A stretch of DNA of 64,000 bases from Rhizaria sp. SCN 62-66. Its lineage: Eukaryota. The stretch lies in contig MEDY01000065.1 of the NCBI GenBank assembly GCA_001724265.1, forward strand, positions 1 to 64,000, given 5' to 3'. The notes below the pieces were generated by a model. It worked only from the letters and a program-made list of their open reading frames with translations. It ran no database searches and was not told the DNA's origin. A program made the translations under genes and the position numbers. This document shows positions 1 through 11,973 of the stretch, one piece after another; the first letter of the stretch is position 1, and every line of letters starts with the position of its first letter.

Positions 1-3000
1 CCGGTGACCGTGGCGGGCTTGGTGGCGCCGAACGCAGGGGCAGCCGCGGTCGCTGCAGTGGCAGGGGCGGGAGCAGCGCCAAACAGAGGCACAGCGGGCC
101 TCACAACAGTGGCGGCAGGAGCTGCGCTGAAGGCCGGCGCAGCGGGCTTGGCAGCAACGCCGCCGAACACGAACGCAGGCACTGCGGGCGCTGCGGGTTT
201 GGGGGCAACTGCCGTCGTTGCCGCAGGAGTAGCAGCAGCAAGCCCAGCAGGATCAGCAGCAGCAGTGGGCTTGGCTGCGCCGAAGCCGAAGCCAAGGTCG
301 GGACCGGAGGCGACCGCGGCAGGCTTCGCACTGGTCGGAGGAGGTGAGGCCGAGGCAGCAGCAGCGCCGAAGGAAAAGGACTTGGCCGCCGCCGAAGGCG
401 CAGTGGCATCGGAAGCAGCAGCTGTGGCAGCGGGCGCAGCAAAGCTCGTAAAAGCCGCGGCAGCATCGGCAGAAGCGGAGGCGCTAGCAGCGGCGGGCTT
501 GGCGCCAAAGGCGAAAGCGCCAAGCGACGCGCTCTTGACAGGCGGCGCCGCCGTGGGGGCAGTGAGGGCGGGAGCAGCGCCAAACAGAGGCACAGCGGGC
601 TTCACGACAGTGGTGGCAGCAAAGCTGGTAAAAGCCGTGGAATCAGAAGCAGAAGCAGAAGCAGGAGCCGGAGCCAGAGCCGGAGCCGGAGCGGCGGCCT
701 GAGCGGCAGCGGTGGTGGCAGGCTTGGACTCGGGCTTAGCCGGCGTCGTGAAGGAGAACGACGACGACGGCGCAGCAACAGGAGCGGCAGCAGGCGCGGG
801 CGCAGGCATCTCGGCGTCGGCGCCCGCAGTCGCGGCGGGCAGCGGCGGCAGCAGCAGCGCGGTGCCCGCGGCGCGGGGCGGCGAGGTCATCAGACTCTCG
901 GCTGTGCCGCGCTGCTGCGCGGGCGGGCCCGTGGCGCGCACGCGTGTGATGATGCCGAACACGTCGTCGTCGTCACCGCTGTCATCGCCGTCGTCGACGT
1001 CGCTCGCGCTCTCGTCCTCCTCGCGGTCGAGGCGGCGCACGACGCTGGGGCTCTTCTTGGCGCTGGCGCTGCCGCTGGGGCTGGGGCTGCCGCCGCCGTG
1101 CTTGGGCTTGACGGCGCTGGGGGGCGCGGAGCGCTTGCCGCGGCCCGTCGCGGCGGCGCTGCCCGCGGAAGGCGACGTGAGCGTGTACAGCGCGTGCAGC
1201 GACGTCGGCAGCGACGACACGAACGCGGGCGCCTGCGCAGCGCCAGACGCGCGGTCGTCCTTGCTTTCACTCGCGGCCGCCGTGCTCGCGCGCTTGCTCT
1301 TGTCGCCGCCGGCCCTCTTGGCGGCGGCCTTGGCGGCGGCCTTGGCGGCGGCCTTGGCGGCGCGTTCGGCCGGCGTGGCGTCGAGGTCGATCGCACGCTT
1401 GATCTCGCCGCGGGCCAGCGCGGCCTCGAGGCGCGCCAGACGCGTCGACAGACTGGCCACGGCGGCGCGCTGCGTCGCGGTCACCGCGTCCACGGCAGCC
1501 AGCAGCGCGGCGACCTCCTCGCTCTCGTCGCCGGCGGTCGCGGCGCGGGGGCGCGGCGCAGTGGAAGGAGAGACGGGGACGAGGGCGCTGCTCGGGAGCG
1601 GGTTGTGGTCAATGAGAGCGCTCACAGTCACCGTGGTCGGCGGCGCGCCGGCGCCGTCGTAGCCGCTTCCGCTGCCGTTGGCGGCGGGCGCGGGCGCGGA
1701 GTCGAGGCGCAGGCGGGCTACCTCGGCCACAAGAGCCTCAGGCGCAGAGGCCACGCCCGCGCTGGCAGCAGCGGCGGCGGCGGCCGAGGAGGCGGCGGGG
1801 CGGAAGGGGCGCGCGACGAGCGCGGCGGTCAGTGCGGCGGTCGCGGCAGCCAGGGCGGCCGCGGGGGTCGCCGCAGGCGCGGCGACGGCAACAGGGGTCG
1901 CAACAGGCTCATACACAGCGGAAGACGCGGCGCTGGACTTGGCGGGCGTCGCCAAAACGATCACAGCGCCCGTGCTGGCGCTGGCCCCGCTGCCGGGGGC
2001 GGCGGACGCGGTCTTGCGGCGGCCGAGCTTTGCGGAGAGCGCGGGCGACTGGGGCGCCAGCGTGAACAATGTCGCGGGGAAGCGCAGCAGCGGCGTCACC
2101 GCGCCCGCAGCGGCGCTGCCTCCGAGCTGCGCGCGCGCGGGGGTCGCGGGCAGGCCGCCGCTGGCAGCGCTGGCCTCAGCGGCAGCGTCAGCGCCGGCCT
2201 CGGCCGCGGTGGTGGCAGCGGCGGCGGCGGTGAAGGCGGCGGCGAGGTTGCCCTTGAGAACGCCAGGCCCAGCGGCAGCCACGGCAGCGGTGGGGCCAGA
2301 GCTCGAGGTGACAGCAGCAGGAGTTGCCGCTGCGTGCTTGGCGGCGGACTGGGCGGCCGAGTCGGGCGCCACGCGTGGCGCGACGCCGCCACGCGCGGGA
2401 GTAGCGAGCGAGCCGTACCGGGACCCAATGCCCGCGGCACCGGCGCCGGCGAGGTTGCGGGTGTCGACCGCGAAGGAGCGCAACCGCAGCGCGCCCTGCG
2501 CCGGCGTCACGGTGCCCGCGCCGCCTAGCGGGGCGAGACCGGGCGCGCCGGCGTGGGCGAGCGCGGGTGCGCGGCCGTGCGTCGGAGTCGCTGCGGCGTG
2601 CGCGAAGGCGGGCGCGGGGCGGGCGGCAAAGCTGACGCCGCCGAGGGGCGCGCCAACCGCGCGCTCGACCGTGGCGGCGACGGCACGGCGGGCCGAGACG
2701 TGATGAGCGAACGACAGCGCGGCGCTCGCGGAGCCGGCACCCTGGAAGGCCGCCGAGGCCGCGGGGGCGCGCGTGAAGGCCGCGCGCTGCAGCTGCAGCG
2801 TAAGCGCGTTGGTGGAGCGCGAGAGCACGGCCTCGAGCGCGCTGAGTCCGCTGTGCACGCGGGAGCGCAGCAGGTCAAGCATGTCGCGGCGGCGCGCGGA
2901 AGGGCCGTCGAGCGGGCGCAGCTGCAGCTGTAGCGCGAGAGCAGAGGCGGCGCGCGCACGCACGCTGCTCTTCTTCTGCTTCTTCGCGTGGTCGCCCTGC

Positions 3001-6000
3001 TTCGCGGCCGCAGCGTTGTCGTCGTCGTCGTCGTCGTCGTCCGAGTCAAGGAGCGTGGCAGCGAGGTCCGTGACATCGGACCGGAGCTTCGACGCCGCGC
3101 GCAGGCGCCCGGCCACCGCGGCGGCCTCGCTCTCCTGCGCGGCGCACGTGGTCGTGAGCTTCGCCACGGCGGCCTCGAGCACGCCCAACGCACTCGGCAG
3201 CGCCGCGACCTCGGCCCAGCGGACCGTCGCCGCCGTCGGCTCGCTTTGGCTTGCGCTGTCGCTAGCGCCGGCGCTGGCGTCCGCGGCGGCGGCGGCGGCG
3301 GCGGCGGCCTGGGCGATAAAGGGCGCCGCCGTGGCGGCCGAGTCAGCCACGGTGCTGCGCAGCGCGTCGACCTGGGTCGCGATGTCGATCAGGATCCCGC
3401 GCATCGCGGTGTTGAGCTCGCCCTTGGTGACCGCGCCAGCGCCAGAGCCGGCGGACACGGCGCCGCTGCCACCACCCAGCGGGGCCGGAGCGGCGGCCGT
3501 GGCGGCCGGGACCGAGACGCCCGCGGTGATGTCCGCCTTGGAGGGCCACTTGGCCGCCACGGCAGCGGGCCGCGGCGCCAAGGCGAAGGCGGCGGCGGCA
3601 GAGGCGGCGGATGCAGAGACGCCCGCGGCCGCGGCAGCGCGCGCGGCGTCAGTCGACAGCTGTTGCAAAGACGCGGCGGCCGCGGCGTCTGCCACTGCGT
3701 CGGCGTCAGCCACAGTGGGCGCAGGAGCATTAGACGCAGCGGTCACTGCCGAGGACGCCTTGTTCGCCGCCAATGCCAAAGACGTGGCGGCGGCAGCAGC
3801 AGCGGTCGCGACAGCCACAGCGGCGGAGGCAGCGGCCTCGTCGTCGTCGGCGCCGCCGCCGGCCCCAGTGCGAGACTTGCTCAACAGCGAGAGGTCGACA
3901 TCGAGCACGGCGACGGTGCCAGCGTCCACGGCAGCAGCAGGCGCGACAGCAGGCGCGACAACAGGCGCGATAACAGCTGGAGCAGTAGCTGTGTCCGCAG
4001 AAGCAATAGAGCTCGAGCCAAAGCCAACGCCAAAGCCGGCGCTGGGGGTCGCCACAGGCTTGACGGCACCGAAAGCGGCAGCGGCTGGTGTAGCAGCGAA
4101 AGCGGTCGCCGTCGCGGGGGCAGACGTCGGGCCAAAGCCGAATGTGGGCTTGGTCTGCGTCGAGGGAGCGGCAGCACCAAAGCCGAAGCTAGGCTTAGAG
4201 TCAGCCGCAGTAGCCGGAGTCGCTGCAGTGGAGGCAGCGCTAGAGCTGAACGAGACTGGGGCGGTCGAGAGGACTGGGGCAGCAGCGCCGCCGAAGCTGA
4301 GACCACCTTGTGCAGGAGGACCAGCGCTCTTAGAACCAAAAGCACTTGCGGTAAAAGACCCAGAAGAGGTAAACGCAGGTGCAGTAGAGCTCCCCAAAGA
4401 ACCAGAGTCGCCGAATACGGGCTTTGGGGCGTCAGTCGTAGGCTTAACAGCCTCCGTACCAGGGGTTGCAGCGACGGATCCAAAGCTAAGGGCGGGCTTA
4501 ATCGCAGTCGCGCCGCCAAACGTGAACGCGGGGGCTGCGGGAGCAGGCACAGCATCAACAGGGGCCTCAGCAGCTGCAACAGGTGCAACTGTGGACTCAA
4601 CAGTGGCGGCATCGGCAGCAGCAGACTCAGCAGCGGGAGCAGCAGATTCAGCAGCCTCAGCAGCAGCCTCAGCAACCGTCTCGGCCGCAGCCTCCGCAAC
4701 CGCCTCGGCCGCAGCCTCCGCAGCAGCAGGCTTGAGCTCAGCAGCACTGCCACTGCCTGCGGCGGCCTCGGCCGAAGCCGTGCCGGGCGCCAAGAGCGCC
4801 TGCACGGGGCCCGCGGCGCACGCGGCCGCGAGCGCAGGAACCGTGGCGCCGCCCCCGGTGGCCGCGAGGCGCACGGCGGCGTCGGTGTCCGCGGCGTCGA
4901 CGAGCGAGGCCACTTCGTCCGCAGACAGCGCGGCCACCACCTGCGCCACGGCGTCGCGCGCCGCGCCCGCGCTCGCGGCGGAGCCCGCAGCGGCGAGCGC
5001 GGCGGCGACGCGCGGCCAGAGCGCGGGGACGAGGCCGGCGGGCGCGTACTGCGCGAGCGCGGCGCGGGCGTGCGCGCGCGTCTGCTGCTCCTGCTCCGCC
5101 GCGGCGGCCTCGGCGGCGGCGTCGCGGTCGTCGACGACGTGCATGAACACCCAAAGCAGCCCGTCGGTGGTGAGCGAGCACACAAGCGGCGCGGGCGGCA
5201 GCGCGGCGGCGCCCAGCTCCTCGGCCGCGGAGGGCATTAGAAAGCCGTCGACGTTGGCGCTGGGTGACACAGCCGTGGTGAGGTCGAGTACGGTGGAGAT
5301 CGGGAAGGCCGAGTCCATCATCTGCAGCGATGCGAACAGCGGCGGCTCCAAGTCCCAGCGCGACCACAGCGCGGGCGCCAGCGCCGCAGCCGCGCGCGCG
5401 CCGACGGAGCCGATGCTGGCCTTGCCGTCGGCGCTGGCGTTGCTGTTGGAGTCGGCGGCGGCGAGCGCGAGCTGCTCCTGCGCGGTGCTCCCGGCGGTCA
5501 GCGCGGTGACGGTGGCGGCGTTGGGGACGCCGAAGCGCGCCAGCTCGGCGGCGGCGGCCACGGCAGCGGGCGCCAGCGGCTGGCCGGCGCCGGCGGGAAG
5601 CTTGGCGTAGACGGGGAGGAAGTTGCCCTTCTTCTTAGGATCCTCGACCTCGCCCGAGGTGAACCACGCGTCCAGCGGGCCCGTGAAGAAAGGCGCCGCG
5701 CAGCCCGTGGTGGTGCCCGTCACGGAGCCCCAGCGTGGGTTGGCCGCCAGCGCGAAGGCCAGCGGGCGGCGGACCGCGGCGGCGCGGCCGGAGCGCGGGT
5801 ATCGGCGGGCCAGCATGTCCTCGAAGGTCCGCGAGAGGGTCAGGGGCACCGAGAGGCGGCAGTCCGAGGCGGCTTCGGCGCTGATATCGCCGAACGACAG
5901 CACGCGGCGCGGCGCGGTCTCGCTGGCGCCGAGCGAAAGCAGCAGCAACTCGGCGCTGTCGACGCGCTCCGTGAGCACCGCGCGCAGGAGCGAGTCCGAC

Positions 6001-7154
6001 GGGTCCGTCTGCACGGTCATGGGGCCGGCCTCGGTCGCCACAGTCGCTGTTGCGGGTCGCTCGGTCCCTGCAGCGGCGGGGCCGGGGTACGTGAGCGTGT
6101 GTGCCAGCACGGCGGCGAGCTGGCGGGTGCGCCCGAGCATCAGGACGCCCGGTGCGACAACGGTCATCTCGGCGACGACGGCGGCGCGCGCGTCGGCGTA
6201 GTCGGCAGCGTTGCGCGCGACGTCCTCGCGCAGCGCCATCGCGGGCAGCGACGCCGCGGACGCGGCCACGGCCACGGCGGCGCCGCCGGCGAGGGGCGAG
6301 AAGGCCAGGATGCTGCCGGCGAGGGGGCCCGCGCCGCCAGCGCCGACGGGGGCTGCGGCGAACAGGAACGCGCCCTGTGCGGGCGCGGTAGAGCCCGAGA
6401 CAGTGACGCCGCCGCTGTAGTCGGCGGGGCTATAGCTGGGGTCGAAGCACACAGCGGTGAGCGGGCTCTGCGGCTTGGCCAGCGCCTCGGGCAGCGCGAC
6501 GGGCGCGGCGGTGCCGGCGGCGGCGTCGACCTGCACGGCCGAGGCCGCGCCCGCGTCGCCGAGCATCATGAACACGGCCTGCGCGCCCCAGCAAGTCGCC
6601 ACGTCGGCAATGCTCTCTGTGGCCGGCGTGGAGCACAGCAGCGGCTGCGATTCGCGGTCAACGACGGCCTCGGGGTCGGCTTCAAGAGCCTCCGCGGCGG
6701 CCGTGGCGAGCGCGTCGACGGCGGCAGCGGCGGCGGAGGTGGCGAAGAAGTAGTGCGCGGTCGACGTGGAGACGGCGAAGATGCGCTCACAGCGGGAGAA
6801 GGACACGTTCCACACCATGTCATCGTCAGCGAACGCCGCAGCGGGTAAATCAAGTGGGATCGCGGCGTTGGGATTCAGCGTGAAGTTGTTGTGGCCGTCG
6901 TTGGTGTCAAGGCCAAGCGAGTCGATCACGGCGGCCGTGGCAGCGACGCTGGCTCCCTGGGGCGTGGCGATCACCATCAGCCCGTACTTGTTCGACGTCG
7001 CAAGCAGCGAACGCGTGTAAGGGTGAAAGCAGTGAATGCTATCGGCGTCGCGAATCGAAGAGGGAACCGCGATCTTGTTCACGAGACGAATCTCGTGATG
7101 CCTGTTCGCCAAAGTCGGCGCCGTCGCAGCGGCTGAAGTCGATGGGGAAGACAT
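1..7154 (-). CDS. NUP214: Nucleoporin Nup214/Nup159-like (N-terminal beta-propeller, coiled coil, FG repeats); 3' end lies outside the window
   Basis: Not in the ORF track because it runs off the left edge. Manual translation from ATG 7154 gives MSSPSTSAAATAPTLANRHHEIRLVNK...YTRSLLATSNKYGLMVIATP, matching the Nup214 'SLLAVSNKYGL' motif. Many PxFG/FGFG repeats at about 1-600 and 4000-4550. The long + strand Ala-rich ORFs here are its antisense shadows. Confidence 0.85.
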   Translation of the reverse strand, partial: MSSPSTSAAATAPTLANRHHEIRLVNKIAVPSSIRDADSIHCFHPYTRSLLATSNKYGLMVIATPQGASVAATAAVIDSLGLDTNDGHNNFTLNPNAAIPLDLPAAAFADDDMVWNVSFSRCERIFAVSTSTAHYFFATSAAAAAVDALATAAAEALEADPEAVVDRESQPLLCSTPATESIADVATCWGAQAVFMMLGDAGAASAVQVDAAAGTAAPVALPEALAKPQSPLTAVCFDPSYSPADYSGGVTVSGSTAPAQGAFLFAAAPVGAGGAGPLAGSILAFSPLAGGAAVAVAASAASLPAMALREDVARNAADYADARAAVVAEMTVVAPGVLMLGRTRQLAAVLAHTLTYPGPAAAGTERPATATVATEAGPMTVQTDPSDSLLRAVLTERVDSAELLLLSLGASETAPRRVLSFGDISAEAASDCRLSVPLTLSRTFEDMLARRYPRSGRAAAVRRPLAFALAANPRWGSVTGTTTGCAAPFFTGPLDAWFTSGEVEDPKKKGNFLPVYAKLPAGAGQPLAPAAVAAAAELARFGVPNAATVTALTAGSTAQEQLALAAADSNSNASADGKASIGSVGARAAAALAPALWSRWDLEPPLFASLQMMDSAFPISTVLDLTTAVSPSANVDGFLMPSAAEELGAAALPPAPLVCSLTTDGLLWVFMHVVDDRDAAAEAAAAEQEQQTRAHARAALAQYAPAGLVPALWPRVAAALAAAGSAASAGAARDAVAQVVAALSADEVASLVDAADTDAAVRLAATGGGATVPALAAACAAGPVQALLAPGTASAEAAAGSGSAAELKPAAAEAAAEAVAEAAAETVAEAAAEAAESAAPAAESAAADAATVESTVAPVAAAEAPVDAVPAPAAPAFTFGGATAIKPALSFGSVAATPGTEAVKPTTDAPKPVFGDSGSLGSSTAPAFTSSGSFTASAFGSKSAGPPAQGGLSFGGAAAPVLSTAPVSFSSSAASTAATPATAADSKPSFGFGAAAPSTQTKPTFGFGPTSAPATATAFAATPAAAAFGAVKPVATPSAGFGVGFGSSSIASADTATAPAVIAPVVAPAVAPAAAVDAGTVAVLDVDLSLLSKSRTGAGGGADDDEAAASAAVAVATAAAAAATSLALAANKASSAVTAASNAPAPTVADADAVADAAAAASLQQLSTDAARAAAAAGVSASAASAAAAFALAPRPAAVAAKWPSKADITAGVSVPAATAAAPAPLGGGSGAVSAGSGAGAVTKGELNTAMRGILIDIATQVDALRSTVADSAATAAPFIAQAAAAAAAAADASAGASDSASQSEPTAATVRWAEVAALPSALGVLEAAVAKLTTTCAAQESEAAAVAGRLRAASKLRSDVTDLAATLLDSDDDDDDDDNAAAAKQGDHAKKQKKSSVRARAASALALQLQLRPLDGPSARRRDMLDLLRSRVHSGLSALEAVLSRSTNALTLQLQRAAFTRAPAASAAFQGAGSASAALSFAHHVSARRAVAATVERAVGAPLGGVSFAARPAPAFAHAAATPTHGRAPALAHAGAPGLAPLGGAGTVTPAQGALRLRSFAVDTRNLAGAGAAGIGSRYGSLATPARGGVAPRVAPDSAAQSAAKHAAATPAAVTSSSGPTAAVAAAGPGVLKGNLAAAFTAAAAATTAAEAGADAAAEASAASGGLPATPARAQLGGSAAAGAVTPLLRFPATLFTLAPQSPALSAKLGRRKTASAAPGSGASASTGAVIVLATPAKSSAASSAVYEPVATPVAVAAPAATPAAALAAATAALTAALVARPFRPAASSAAAAAAASAGVASAPEALVAEVARLRLDSAPAPAANGSGSGYDGAGAPPTTVTVSALIDHNPLPSSALVPVSPSTAPRPRAATAGDESEEVAALLAAVDAVTATQRAAVASLSTRLARLEAALARGEIKRAIDLDATPAERAAKAAAKAAAKAAAKRAGGDKSKRASTAAASESKDDRASGAAQAPAFVSSLPTSLHALYTLTSPSAGSAAATGRGKRSAPPSAVKPKHGGGSPSPSGSASAKKSPSVVRRLDREEDESASDVDDGDDSGDDDDVFGIITRVRATGPPAQQRGTAESLMTSPPRAAGTALLLPPLPAATAGADAEMPAPAPAAAPVAAPSSSFSFTTPAKPESKPATTAAAQAAAPAPALAPAPASASASDSTAFTSFAATTVVKPAVPLFGAAPALTAPTAAPPVKSASLGAFAFGAKPAAASASASADAAAAFTSFAAPAATAAASDATAPSAAAKSFSFGAAAASASPPPTSAKPAAVASGPDLGFGFGAAKPTAAADPAGLAAATPAATTAVAPKPAAPAVPAFVFGGVAAKPAAPAFSAAPAATVVRPAVPLFGAAPAPATAATAAAPAFGATKPATVT
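68..622 (+). repeat. Internal duplication of an FG-repeat unit in Nup214 (about 68-118 and 568-618)
   Basis: GCGGGAGCAGCGCCAAACAGAGGCACAGCGGGC occurs twice, followed by near-identical flanks; it encodes PAVPLFGAAPA. Confidence 0.85.
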
Positions 7155-7742
7155 TCAGTTGATGAGCCGGCGCGCTGCGAAGCGACCCGAGACGGGGGTT
7201 TAAGGCGGGCGCGCGCGCAGGAAAGTGAAAAAGTGTGTCTAAAGCGAAGACTGAGCGAGGAGACCCAACAAAGTGAGTGGGCCTGTCTGGCAAGCGCGGG
7301 ATCTGGAATGTGGTGAGGGTGAAGTTCGGGGTGAGTATAGTCGATCTCTCGGTGACGCAAACAGGGCGTGGACTGTATGTGACGGGATAGATAAAACAAA
7401 AATGAAAGTGTCTCTGCAAGAACGGGTCTGAAATTGTAATTCAGAAACCAGCGCACGTTATTTGCGCATCAATCTCAAGACTCCCTTATACCCACCACAG
7501 CGTCCGTTGTTGTTGTGCGGACGGCGACTGGCTGGTGGTCGGAAAAAAAATCAAATCATTTCTCGTCGGACTCCGACAGAGAGTCGGGATGCCGCGGCCA
7601 AGAGCCTGACTTCAAGAAAACCGTCATTCTGGTTGACTCGTGCCCCAACTCCTGCTTTTATTGCTAGTGTTGTACACTTTTCGCTTCGGACAAACTCTCT
7701 TTATTTTCGTGTGATCGTTTCCGCGTCATAAGAAGGCTACCA

Positions 7743-9628
<1,886 letters not shown>

Positions 9629-10472
9629 GCGTGCGCGCTCTGACGCCGCCTTGAACCACCCGAAGTCAAGCCGCTTGCTCTCGCTGCGTGCGTCGCTGCT
9701 CCACTGTCAAGCCGCTGACTTTTCCTTCTACTTATCTTATATGAACGCGATTTATATCCATTCTACTGTCCACATAGTCTTTCTTTTCTCTATTCTTTCA
9801 GAACTTTTTCAATTCATCAACTTTGTCTCGTTCGCAGTCGCAGTAACATAGCACGCAACCGCTGCAACATAGTTTCATTCGATACACAGCCTTTTAACCT
9901 TCACTTATTTTCTTCGCTGCAACACTGTAATAAAACGGCACTTAAAATGATGTTTTGAAATTGTTTTTGTATTTTGTATTTGTATTTCATTTTGGTAAGT
10001 AGGGGGTCGATGCCACTGCGCCCGCTAAGTTGAGTCTACGATATTGTTGCAGTTATTCGAATCGAAGTTAATCTATCTAGCTAATCTGTCTGTTATGTTT
10101 GTTTCGTATGAACATCGGTTGCATGGCAGGGCGTTTTTGTGTTGTTTGGTTTTGTGTTGGGGGGGTTACTATGTTATCGGTAGGGGAGACTATGGACAAG
10201 CGCGGCACACAATCGTGTTTTTGGCCGAGCTTGCTAGTTCTTGGTCTCAAATTAATGAAATGTGGGAGACAAGAGAGCGAGCATAAAGCGAACGGACGCG
10301 CGCGTGTAGTGTTGCGACTTGGGCATCACACAGCAGCAGCAACAATCGCGAGGCCCTTGGCCTGCGTTGTTGTTGCTGCTGCGGCTGGCTCCCAGGCACA
10401 GACACCACATGGAGTGCGCGCGACTCGGTCAACACAATACTCGTCACCAGCGCTCACGGATGACAAACGCAC

Positions 10473-11244
10473 TTAACCGAAGGTGTTCTCGCCGGAGTAA
10501 GTGACGTAGAGGAAACCGTCGCTGTCGGCGTGGTCCTTGTAGACCTGAGCCATGCCGGTGGACATGGCGAGGAGCTGCTTGTTGACGAAGATGAAGATCG
10601 CCTTCTCCGAGGGCACCTTGATACGCTTGCGGATGACGTAGAGGAACTGGCCGACGGTGAGGTCGTTGGGGACAAGGTACTTCTGCTTCTCGATCTCGGG
10701 GACGTCAGACTTGGCAGCCTTCTCCGCGATGACGGGGATGCGGTCAGGGTAGCGCTCACGAATACGAGACGACTCCGCGTAACGGCGCTCTGAAAAAAGA
10801 AAACGACAAAAATAGTGTAAGAAAAGTCAAATGGAGGAAATGAGCATTGTTTGATGGAACGGAATGTGCGAAGTGAGGCAGGAAAAGCGCATGAAGGGAG
10901 CGTTTCATGGGAGGGAAGAGCTGTTTCTGGATCGTGGTCAAACGCAAAGAACGCAATGTGGCGTCTTTCACAACAGAATCCCGCACATGAGCCCAAAATG
11001 ACACCATATGCCACATGAGGCGAGCTTGCATGACTACAGCCACAAGGGGTATCGCAATCTGGGGAGACCTTGTTGCCCTTTTGTGCATGACTAAACAGGC
11101 ACGAGCGACGGGGTCACACCAGGGACTGGCTCCTTCGAGAAAAGTGTTCATTGCATGCATTCACGACCATAGACAGGAGAAAGAATTTGCAGAAAATATA
11201 CTTGGCAACGTACCCTTGTCGTACTTGTTCTTGAAAGCCTGCAT
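10473..11244 (-). CDS. ATG8: ATG8/GABARAP ubiquitin-like autophagy protein; exons 11244-11214 and 10789-10473
   Basis: [34 protein letters not shown]...[21 protein letters not shown]...[15 protein letters not shown]. Intron GTACGT...TTTCAG. Stop TAA. Confidence 0.97.
10935..11169 (-). ncRNA. Candidate structured element in the ATG8 intron
   Basis: The ends of the element pair as a long interrupted stem (UGGUC/GACCA, GAAUGCA/UGCGUUU, UGCAAUG/CAUUGCG). It contains internal hairpins and a repeated 10-mer. Confidence 0.4.
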
Positions 11245-11973
11245 ATTGAGTGTTAAGCTCAACTACTGCTGATTCGAAAGGTTTTCCAACTCCCCTCGTT
11301 GATGAGCCAACGAACCCACCACAAAAAAAAAGTGCGCCAGTGAAGGAAAAACTCGTTTGTGGTGGATATCAAAAAACAGCTCCAGCGTCTTAAAATATGT
11401 CTATAATTGCATTCTACAAATTGATTCGTACTAGCTAACTTGTTTTCTATTACCTTAGTAAGACTTCATTTTCACTCTCAACTGTTACCCTCGAGAAAGA
11501 CGGGTAAAGATTTGCAATTCTGGAATGTACCACAAACAGATGCGTTGGTGAGAGAAGAAAAGCATTCACTATTCGCACTACATCTTGAATATAGCACCTC
11601 AATGAGTGTTTGTTATGTACACTTTGCTTTGAGCTTCAGATCCGATGTTAAACGAGGCTTGTCTGACGCATCAAGAGCACGCACAGTCATCTTGATCGGC
11701 GAACTTCAAGTTGTCTTAGGTTTCAAAACAGATTGTGTAGCTGCGATACACCGTCAAACTGCGTTAGCGTTTGTTGCAGATATACAAACTACTATTACAA
11801 TTGTGATATATGTTAAAATCACCCACTAATAGTAAAGGTACGTTTCAGATCAAGTTGACACTTCTCAGTTGTTTTGTTGCCTCAGTCAATCCTATAGAAA
11901 ACATAATGTACAGTCGTAAAGATGAGCTTACCATCAACAACATCAAACATACTACATATTGCAATATTTTTCC

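Noticed and set aside
4-7020. Chain of long + strand Ala/Gly/Arg-rich ORFs separated by single stops (e.g. 2773-5610, 945 aa)
   Set aside because: These are antisense shadows of the GC-rich Nup214 gene on the - strand. Their stops are not evidence of readthrough.
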